Assembly (NCBI GenBank): GCA_965213625.1
Contig: CBDBZU010000004.1
Span: forward strand, 32,001 to 96,000
Direction of reading: 5' to 3'
Source of the DNA: a bacterium
GTDB taxonomy: Bacteria; UBA8248
Length of the DNA stretch: 64,000 nt
Every line of letters starts with the position of its first letter. Position 1 is the first letter of the stretch. The notes beneath the pieces are model-generated. The model saw nothing but the letters and a program-made list of their open reading frames with translations. It did no database searches and was not told where the DNA came from. Position numbers and translations under genes: made by a program. Positions 23,237 through 31,667 of the stretch are shown piece after piece.

Positions 23237-23517
23237 TGGCGCAGACGACACAGAAGAACATCCGTTTCACGTCCGAACAGTGGAAACGCGTCGAAAAAGA
23301 AGCCGAAAAGCTTGATATTTCGCCGAACCGGCTCGTGGTAGAGCTTACAATTGAGGGCCTGGAGCGCCGGGAATGGCCCCGCACCGAGGCCGAAATCCAC
23401 CTGTTGCGTTCCGCCATGTTCACCGCCCAGTCCATCATCCGCGACATGGAGAAGGCTGGACGCGAGCAGGAGATCAAGCAAATCAGCAGGAATATCTCCG
23501 AAGTCGCGCCGGAATAG
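23237..23517 (+). CDS. Ribbon-helix-helix-like DNA-binding protein (copy 2)
   Basis: MAQTTQKNIRFTSEQWKRVEKEAEKLDISPNRL; paralog of 8818-9156. Confidence 0.65.
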
Positions 23518-23526
23518 CCGGGCAAA

Positions 23527-24348
23527 TCAGCGAAAGACCAGCAGTATCAGGGGGATTCGGGGAGTGAGAATACATGAACCGACCTCCTCGATCCGGGAGT
23601 TCAGCCGAGTAAGGCCACCGATTTTGGCGAGATGATCGCAGCCCACATGCTCACCCCACCGCCTATACCCGATTCGTCGCCCGTCCGTCAGCCACTCTAA
23701 CTTGCGGCTGATGCAGGCGCCCAGCGCGGCGTCCTTCGCGGCGAGAGCGAAACCGCCGTGCTCGGTCTCGGGGTCCAGGGCCGTAACCGCGAATTCGCCG
23801 CCGGAGGCGTGGGCCGTGTGACGGTTGCCGATCTCGCCTTTCGCCACCGCATCTATCCGGCCGGCACGAAGGGCCGCCATGAGTTCCGCCCCGCCGAGTT
23901 TCGAATCGAGATAGACCACCCGGGGCATGCCCATCGAGGGTGGCTCGACGGACAGGCGCCCGGCGAGGTTCGGCGACGAGCCGGCGGCATCGATGACGTA
24001 GTCCGCGCTCCCGTCGGCCACCGCCTCGCCGCGCGGTGTACGGACGCGGGCACCGGCAGCAAGGATCCCGGAGGAACTTGCGAGACCTGTCAACGCCAGC
24101 AATCGCGCCTCGCTCGACGTTCCCGCAAGGACGCCGACGCGGACGCTGCTCCCCAGGTCCTCATGCCTGTGGATGCGCCCGGCGTCTGCGGCACGCACCA
24201 GAAGCGACTGGCGGAACGCGATGTGCCCCGACGTGAAGACGACGGTTCTCTTCCCCGCGGTATCGAAGGTTCGGGACTCGATAATCGTGATGCCCCGCCC
24301 ACCATGTCGAACTACAATCCGGCCGCGCGAAGCCAGATGTTCTTCCAA
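23527..24348 (-). pseudogene. Fragment of a periplasmic substrate-binding protein (family 3-like)
   Basis: VRVGVLAGTSSEARL, ALRAGRIDAVA, GFALAAKDAAL. No signal peptide, and the ends look truncated. Confidence 0.55.
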
Positions 24349-24915
24349 GACGCGATGCCGCGGCGGGAAAAAGAGAGGCCCGCGCCCTTCATCGCTTCGA
24401 GGGCGCTCATGATGCCAAATATTTCAAATCAATTTTTCTTGACAAATTTCGTTGATATTGCCAAGGTATTTAATGCAACATGATTTGCGGGTTGACTCGA
24501 TAATGGGATCGATTTTGAAATACAAGACCTCATTCTCGAGTGAATACGAAGGAGTCCACCCCAAAACTCATAAGTTAAGCGGCATTCGGCCCGATCCGGC
24601 GGGGCTGACACCAATAAAAAAATGAAAAGTATGAATCTATGCAAGGAACCCGATAATGGCTCAAGAAATGAAAGAAGCATTTGCAAACATAAACTCTTAA
24701 TTTGACCATTCAGGATCAAGATTCGATGAACTCAATGATGAAGTTAATCTCAAAAATCTTTGTTAACTTTGCTGAATTATTCCCATTCTTTAAGGAGACC
24801 GAAGATGCGCGCCGCCTTGCAACATTCCCCTTGGTTTTTCGGGCCTTCTTCAATAGCAGAAAAGTTTCATATCAGGGCTTGACAAGCCGGACGAGAGCGT
24901 TCTTCACCATGTCCT

Positions 24916-24945
24916 CCGAACCGAACCGAACCGAACCGAACCGAA
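24916..24945 (+). repeat. (CCGAA)6 microsatellite upstream of the second adhesin remnant
   Basis: Six perfect pentamers, 31 nt after a TTGACA at 24879-24884. Confidence 0.9.
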
Positions 24946-24953
24946 CGTAGGCC

Positions 24954-25943
24954 ATGAGCGTTACCACATGGCGGCGCTGCCTTTGCCTTTCAGCCTCACC
25001 GCCTGAGTTTTCCCGCCGCTCCGGTCCGCGCGGCGCGGCTTCCGGACTCCGCAAAAGAATCGGCGCCCCGGGACAAACGCCCCGGAAGCGGGCCACCTTT
25101 TCCCCGCACCGTCTCTTCCTGTCCTTGCTGTTGCCGGTCCTGCTGGCGGCGGGTTTTACCGACGAGACCACCGCGCAGGTCACGGTCTCCTTCGAGGCGA
25201 TGGATACGTGGATGACCGAAGGCGACGCGACCGACACGGCGCAGGTCAGGGTCAAGCTCGGCCAGCGGCTGCTGACGGACGATGTGGCGCACTTCTCCAT
25301 CGGCATAGGCACTAACTCGACCACCGTCCGCCACACCGATCACGTGACCTCGGACTACTCCTACGCCATCACCGGAACCAGCGTTACGGTGTCCGGTACG
25401 GGAAGTGACCCGACTCTGACCTTCACCGGCCTTGCCACGAACGTGGTGCAGGAGGCGCCCATCATGCTCACCCCAGTGACGAACCTAGAAGAAGGCAACG
25501 CCTACGAAGGGACGCTGAACGTCGTTTTCGGGAGCGAGGGCAAACAACACCAACGTCGCCTGCGGCCTGCCCGTGGGCACGCTGGCCAGCAGACCATGAC
25601 GCACAGCGACCCGACAAGCGTGTTGAGTATCTGGACAACGCCAACTCGGTGGCCAAGGGTGAGGTGTTCGAGGTGGAAACTGATGTTCTCGTGGCCTCGG
25701 TTCACGAATACAACTGTTACCTTGGTGAACACGGACCAGACCGCGTCGGAACAAGGGGACTACACGGGCGGCCCCTACACGGTGACTATCCCGGCGGGGT
25801 GGCCCCGGTACCGCTTCTCTATTGCCACCGAGTATGATGACGAGATCGAGGGTCCGGAAACATTCCTGCTCTCTATCCAGGGCGGCGACCTGCCCTCCAC
25901 AACCGCCGCCGCGCTGTACTCAGCGCCCTTTGAGGAGCGCTGA
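24954..25943 (+). pseudogene. Truncated Calx-beta adhesin
   Basis: Signal-peptide-like LSLLLPVLLAAGF and Calx-beta motif YDDEIEGPETFLLSI. The middle reads as degenerate and there is no barrel; it ends at the RBS of the next gene. Confidence 0.6.
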
Positions 25944-25944
25944 C

Positions 25945-28900
25945 TTGGTGCCGAAGTATGATGCCGCCATTATCGGCGCGGGACCGGTGGGAAGCGTGTG
26001 CGCAATTATCCTTGCGCGCAAGGGCGTTAAGGTGGCCCTGCTCGAAGCGAATCCGAAAGCGTCTAAACGCCTTGCAGGCGAATGGTTGCATCCGCCGGCA
26101 GTGAAATTGTTGCGTGACATCGGGATTGATGTTGATACGCTTTTCGGCAGCAAGTCGGGCGTCGGTTTCGTGGTGCTGCCCGACGACGACTCCGACCCGA
26201 TCCTGCTTCCTTATCCAGACGGTTCACGGGGTCTGGTATGCGACCACGCGCTGCTCGTTTCAAGCCTCCGCGAGGTCATAGAGAACGAGGCCAATGTCGA
26301 TTTCATTTCCGACGCGCGGGTCAATGTCGTTGAAAACGAACGGATCACCTTCTCGAAAAACGGCTCGGAATGCGCCATAAATGTCGACCGAATTATCGGC
26401 GCCGACGGCCGCGCTTCGATCGTGCGCAGATCCTTGGGATATTCCATGAACCCGATGCTCTGTTCGCGGATGCTCGGGGTGACGTTACACGACGCCGACC
26501 TGCTGTTTGAAGGTTACGGACATCTGGTGCTGGGCGGGCCGGGTCCAATTTTCATTTACGGACTTGCGAACGGCTCCGTCCGGGTCAACCTAGATGTCCC
26601 ATTGGACTGCTGGAATTCCAAGGATCGGATAAGTTTCTTGTCTGAATCCTATGGCAGGCTGCTTCCGGGATATCTCGGGCAGGCCTTCGTCGAAGCGCTG
26701 CACGTCAGGCGATTCTATGCCGCCGCCAACCAGTTGAGACCGCGTGTCACGTACGGGAACCCGCGGCGGGTGCTTATCGGCGATGCGGCCGGACACTATC
26801 ATCCCATGACGGCAGTCGGCATGACTCTCGGCTTCGGCGATGCGCTGGCGCTCTCCGAAAGCGAGGACTTCCAGCAATTCACCGCAGAGCGGTTCCAGGC
26901 GACCCGTGTTCCCGAGTTCCTTGCCATGGGGCTTTATGAGGTGTTGGCCGATTACCGCACCGAATCGGTTATGCTCAGAAAGGCCGTTTACCAGGGCTGG
27001 CGAGCGAATTCGGGGTATCGGGACCGGACCATGCGGATACTTGCCTGCCAAGAGTTGTCCATGTCAATGACGGTTTTCTCCTTTTGCGAAACTATCGCGC
27101 GGGCAATGAGCCGGGAGATAATCTTCTCCATCCGCAGGTTTTCATGGCGTCGGATATTGGTGAACTTTCGCGCGTTGGCTGCTCGCCTTTGGTGGTTGCT
27201 GCTCGGCATCCGCCAGTTGAGGGAGGCGACCAGGGAAGGAAGGGAGGAAAGCGCGAAAGCGCGAGAGCACCTACGACGGGCATTCCCCTATACCATCCCT
27301 TCGAAAACCGAATCGGAGCGGTCCGCCCGCGCCGGAGAGGTCGATTCGCCCGATGCCGGTCCGGCGCTGGGCAGCGCCGCCCAATGCCTCGTGCAAATGC
27401 AGAGAGAGGACGGCCACTGGGAAGGCGAGATGGTCTGGTGTCCCATGCTCACGGCGCAATACGTACTGCTCCACCACATCATCGGCCAGCCGCTCGATCC
27501 GGGAAAGCGGCGCCGGGTGCTGCGCTCGTTTGAGAGGACCCGTCTCCAGGACGGTTCATGGGGCCTGCACGAGCATTCGTCGCCCCATCTGTTCGTCACC
27601 GCCCTCGTTTATGTCGCGGCGCGGCTGCTCGGTGAAGAGCCGGATGACCCCCTGATCGCGCCGGCCCGGCGGTTCATTCAGGCCGAGGGGATTCTCGGCA
27701 TTCCGAGCTGGGGAAAATTCTGGCTGGCGCTCCTTAGTCTTTATGATTGGAACGGTGTGAACGCTGTTCTGCCGGAATTGTGGAGCCTACCGCGGAAGAT
27801 ACCGCTGCATCCCTCCAATTGGTACTGCCATACACGGCTCATCTATATGGCGATGGCGTCAATTTATGTCCGCCGGTTCCAGGCGCCCGTCACACCAGTT
27901 ATCGCCGCGTTGCGGGAAGAACTTTATCCGCAAGGTTTTGCCATGGCCGATTTTCTCGCCACCAGGAACCGGCTTCGGGACGCCGATCTTTTTGCAAGGC
28001 CGTCCGTCTGGCTCAGGCTCGGATATAGATTTGCACGGCTGGTCGAGCGGTTCCACAGCAAACACCTGCGCACACAGTGCATGGATGCAATTCTCGGGCA
28101 GATCAGATGGGAACTGCAGACCACCAGCCATACTAGCATCTCTCCGGTCAGCGGCATTCTCAACATTCTGGCGCTGTGGCTGCACGATCCGGACGATACC
28201 GATTGCCGACGGGCGCTATCGAAAATGGATTCCTGGATATGGGAAGACGAAGACGACGGCTTGCGGGTCACCGGAGCAAGAAGCGCTTCGTGGGATACCG
28301 GGTTCGCGCTGCAAGCTCTGGCTACCATGCCTGAGACGGACCGTGTTCGGGATGCGCTCCGGCGCGGCGCCGATTTTCTGCTCGGCGAACAGATCAAGAC
28401 CAGCTTTGAGCGGTTTCGTGAAGCCTACCGCGCTGACCCCAAAGGCGGCTGGTGCTTCGCCGGCGGGTGGCATGGCTGGCCGGTGAGTGACTGCACGGCG
28501 GAGGCGGTGCTCGGACTCGTCGCCGCCCACGGAGACGACACGGACTCGTCCGTGCTCAGCGAAGCGATTGGCTTTATGTTGCGAAGCCAGAACCCCGACG
28601 GCGGCTTCGGCAGTTATGAGGCCAGGCGCTCGGCAATTGATCTGGAGCGCTTGAATCCCGCAGAGATGTTCGGCGAATCGATGACCGAGCATTCTTTTGT
28701 CGAATGTACCGCGTCTTGTATCGCGGCGCTGGCTGTCTGCCGGGATCGATTTCCCGAAATTGGCGACAGGTCAGGGGTTGCCGATTCCATCGCCCGGGGC
28801 GCCTTGTGGTTGCGACGGAACCAGATGGCTGACGGCAGTTGGCGCGGCGTATGGGGGGTCCAGTACATCTACGGCACCCTTTTCGGCATCAGGGGCCTTG

Positions 28901-29388
28901 TTTCGGACCGGGCCGGTCCAAGCGATCCGGCGCTGCGCGCGTCTTGCCGCTGGCTGCTGGAGCGCCAGCAGCAAGACGGGGGATGGGGTGAACACCACAG
29001 CGGCTGCCTAAGCGGTCGCTACGTCCCGCATCAGGAAAGTCAGGTCATACAGACCGCGTGGGCGCTGATAGCGCTCCTCGAGGCGGACGAAACTGACTGG
29101 GCCGCGATTTCCCGGGGCGCTGGCTTCCTGCTTAATACGCAGGAAGCAGACGGGACTTGGCCCAAGCAGGACATGCCCGGCGTTTTTTTTCGGACGGCGC
29201 TCCTGGATTACGGGCTCTACCGCCAGTATTTCCCCCTGCACGCGCTTGGTCTCTACGAGCAGCGTCGCCGGAAGCGACGCAAGAGCATGATATTACCGGC
29301 GAGAAGTCAACGCGTCATGGCTGAAAGAGTGGCGGCTGTGGAAATGAAGCCGGACGGCGGAACCGGAACGGCAAAGAATATCTCGTAG
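25945..29388 (+). CDS. Fused squalene epoxidase-like FAD monooxygenase + oxidosqualene cyclase
   Basis: N-half: IIGAGPVG FAD motif, RLAGEWLHP, IGADG, GDAAGHYHPMTAVGMT. C-half: QW repeats (QREDGHW, LQDGSWG, QNPDGGF, QMADGSW, QQQDGGWG, QEADGTW), HPSNWYCHTR and the catalytic VSDCTAE. Start set at TTG 25945 (or GTG 25948) after GAGGAG; the ORF track starts at 25822. Confidence 0.9.
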   Translation: MVPKYDAAIIGAGPVGSVCAIILARKGVKVALLEANPKASKRLAGEWLHPPAVKLLRDIGIDVDTLFGSKSGVGFVVLPDDDSDPILLPYPDGSRGLVCDHALLVSSLREVIENEANVDFISDARVNVVENERITFSKNGSECAINVDRIIGADGRASIVRRSLGYSMNPMLCSRMLGVTLHDADLLFEGYGHLVLGGPGPIFIYGLANGSVRVNLDVPLDCWNSKDRISFLSESYGRLLPGYLGQAFVEALHVRRFYAAANQLRPRVTYGNPRRVLIGDAAGHYHPMTAVGMTLGFGDALALSESEDFQQFTAERFQATRVPEFLAMGLYEVLADYRTESVMLRKAVYQGWRANSGYRDRTMRILACQELSMSMTVFSFCETIARAMSREIIFSIRRFSWRRILVNFRALAARLWWLLLGIRQLREATREGREESAKAREHLRRAFPYTIPSKTESERSARAGEVDSPDAGPALGSAAQCLVQMQREDGHWEGEMVWCPMLTAQYVLLHHIIGQPLDPGKRRRVLRSFERTRLQDGSWGLHEHSSPHLFVTALVYVAARLLGEEPDDPLIAPARRFIQAEGILGIPSWGKFWLALLSLYDWNGVNAVLPELWSLPRKIPLHPSNWYCHTRLIYMAMASIYVRRFQAPVTPVIAALREELYPQGFAMADFLATRNRLRDADLFARPSVWLRLGYRFARLVERFHSKHLRTQCMDAILGQIRWELQTTSHTSISPVSGILNILALWLHDPDDTDCRRALSKMDSWIWEDEDDGLRVTGARSASWDTGFALQALATMPETDRVRDALRRGADFLLGEQIKTSFERFREAYRADPKGGWCFAGGWHGWPVSDCTAEAVLGLVAAHGDDTDSSVLSEAIGFMLRSQNPDGGFGSYEARRSAIDLERLNPAEMFGESMTEHSFVECTASCIAALAVCRDRFPEIGDRSGVADSIARGALWLRRNQMADGSWRGVWGVQYIYGTLFGIRGLVSDRAGPSDPALRASCRWLLERQQQDGGWGEHHSGCLSGRYVPHQESQVIQTAWALIALLEADETDWAAISRGAGFLLNTQEADGTWPKQDMPGVFFRTALLDYGLYRQYFPLHALGLYEQRRRKRRKSMILPARSQRVMAERVAAVEMKPDGGTGTAKNIS

Positions 29389-29456
29389 AGGGATGGAAAA
29401 AAGGGGACCGGAAGCCGCAGGAATCGGCATCACGAGAAAGAATCAAATCACGAGAA

Positions 29457-31487
29457 ATGGAGTGTAACATGATAACGAAGCAATCGTTGAATATCCCGCA
29501 AGAATTCATCCTGACGATTCTCAACGAGCAGAACGGTTATTTCCACCAAGTGGAGGGCTGGACGTTGAACTGCGCCACCATCGGCGCAGTTCTGGCCGAT
29601 CTCTGCTTGAAATCACGCGTTGATACAGATGAAGAATCACTTTTTCTGCTGGACTCAACCAAAACAGGCGACCCGGAACTGGATTTATGCCTGGAAGAGA
29701 TCGCATCCCATCCCAATCTGGAAGAACCGCGATACTGGATTGAGCGGCTTGCAGTTCATTCGGAAGACATCATCGATGCTACGCTGAAGCACTTGATCAA
29801 GTCCGAAATTCTGACACGCCATGATGGTGAGTTTTATACAACGAACCACTGCGCCTGGCATGCGAAATTGGAACGATATCCCCAAAGCGAGAGCGTCGGA
29901 AAGTACATCAAATCGAGAATCGAGGAGGTGATTTTCACGGATATCATTCCGGACCCGAGGGATTCCCTGATAATCGGTCTTTTGGATGCGTGCGATATCA
30001 TTAAATTTATTTTCGAGCTGGATGAGGAAGAGAAAAAGCGAATTGACCTGGTTTGTAAAACGGAACTGCTCAACCGGGTCATTTCCAGTGCCGTCAAGCA
30101 AGTCGCCATTACGCCTGCATTGCAACACTCACCCCTCACAAAATCAATTCCGAAGATTCCCCTAAAGAGCTTGCTTGCAAATCGGCATTTGTGGGACGGC
30201 AACCTGCCGGCGCTGTTCGGGAATCTGGCCGACCGATATGGTCCGGTCTTTCAAATCTGTGCGCCGTTTCAAAAGCCGCGAACATTTTTAGCTGGACCTG
30301 ATATCAATCATTGGGTGCGTCGAAATTCCCGAAGGTTTTTAACTTCCGGCAATTTTTTTCGCAAGATGGAGATGGTTTGCGGCGCAAACAATTTACTGCC
30401 GTCGATGGACGGAGCCGATCATTTTCGATTGCGCAAGCTGATGGGGAAAATTTACTCGAAAGCCAGTTTCTATGAGAGGCTGGATGATATGTTCCGACTG
30501 AGCCGCCAATTCATGATAAGTCAAGAGTGGCAGGCGGGATCGAGACTGGAAGTACAGCGAGATACCCGGTTGATGACCAATTTTCAATTGTCTCAGGTTC
30601 TTATTAGTACGGATTCGCAAGATGTATTTGAAGATCTGGTCAAATGGAATGAAAGAGCAATCCTTTGCTACGTTGCGGATTTTCTGCCGAAATTCCTGAC
30701 GCGCACTCCCGGCATGAAGTATCGCTTTCAGCTTTACGAGAAACTCCTGCGGCGCATCGAGCAGAACCATATACCCATTCACCGCGCAGGTGTTGTCGAG
30801 GAGCTAGCGGACGCACTGATTGCTTTGCACAACAGCGACCCGCAGTTTATCCCGGAGCAAAACCTGCTGTTCATGCTGGGGGTAACGCCTGTGTTTCAAA
30901 GTATTTATCTAGGGGACATGTTGGGATTCGTGCTTTATGAAATGGCCAGGCAGCCGGAAATTACGGCGAGAATTCGTGAAGAGGCAAACGCGCTTTTCGA
31001 TGGCGGGGACCCGGATAAAGACGAGTTTTCGCCGGACAAGTATGACGTTACCAGACGTTTTCTCATGGAATGCTTACGAATGTATCCGATTATCTGCATA
31101 CATCTTCGCGATGTCTCAAGTTCTTGCGTCGTGGCAAATTATTCACTGCCGCTCAGGGAACGGTTGTACATTGTTCAAACCGCGGCGCACTACATGAGTG
31201 ATTGCTTCGCAGACCCCTACGAATTCGATATCGACCGTTATCTGCCGCCGCGCAATGAGCATCAAGGTCCTGGATACGCTCCGAACGGCTTGGATACCCA
31301 CTCGTGCGCAGGATGGGCATGGATGCATTTGCAGTTAACAGTTACCGTGTTGGTTATAGCGCATCATTTCGAGTTCGCGCTGCCGCCTAAAGACTATAAG
31401 CTGAAAATCAACCCGTTCCCGGCATTGTCGGTTACGAAGAAACTTCGGCTGCGCATCGCAAGCCAGTTGCGCGAAATTTCGGCTTGA
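29457..31487 (+). CDS. GPP34 (GOLPH3-like) domain fused to cytochrome P450
   Basis: N-terminal ~210 aa GPP34-like (IPQEFILTIL...GAVLADLCL...TGDPELD). P450 motifs ECLRMYP, FDIDRY and a heme loop APNGLDTHSCAG. Confidence 0.8.
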   Translation: MECNMITKQSLNIPQEFILTILNEQNGYFHQVEGWTLNCATIGAVLADLCLKSRVDTDEESLFLLDSTKTGDPELDLCLEEIASHPNLEEPRYWIERLAVHSEDIIDATLKHLIKSEILTRHDGEFYTTNHCAWHAKLERYPQSESVGKYIKSRIEEVIFTDIIPDPRDSLIIGLLDACDIIKFIFELDEEEKKRIDLVCKTELLNRVISSAVKQVAITPALQHSPLTKSIPKIPLKSLLANRHLWDGNLPALFGNLADRYGPVFQICAPFQKPRTFLAGPDINHWVRRNSRRFLTSGNFFRKMEMVCGANNLLPSMDGADHFRLRKLMGKIYSKASFYERLDDMFRLSRQFMISQEWQAGSRLEVQRDTRLMTNFQLSQVLISTDSQDVFEDLVKWNERAILCYVADFLPKFLTRTPGMKYRFQLYEKLLRRIEQNHIPIHRAGVVEELADALIALHNSDPQFIPEQNLLFMLGVTPVFQSIYLGDMLGFVLYEMARQPEITARIREEANALFDGGDPDKDEFSPDKYDVTRRFLMECLRMYPIICIHLRDVSSSCVVANYSLPLRERLYIVQTAAHYMSDCFADPYEFDIDRYLPPRNEHQGPGYAPNGLDTHSCAGWAWMHLQLTVTVLVIAHHFEFALPPKDYKLKINPFPALSVTKKLRLRIASQLREISA

Positions 31488-31667
31488 AGGTGCTCCTGCA
31501 GGCCTGACCGGCAATACGGACGCTATCGAGAATGAAGGCATGCCGCGAACGTGGACGCGGAGGGGCGGAAGTTTGCTCGCGAGACACCCGGCGGAACCGC
31601 CCCGGCCTGATCGGCGCTTAGACGGCCTCATTCCTTCGACCTACGCCATCACGAAACGTCCCAGAAG

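Noticed and set aside
27350-29388. Squalene-hopene cyclase (hopanoid) call
   Set aside because: The catalytic motif is DCTAE, not DxDD, and an epoxidase-like domain is fused upstream.
30150-31487. CYP51 sterol 14-demethylase call
   Set aside because: The CYP51 I-helix GQHT signature is not visible and the heme loop is atypical.
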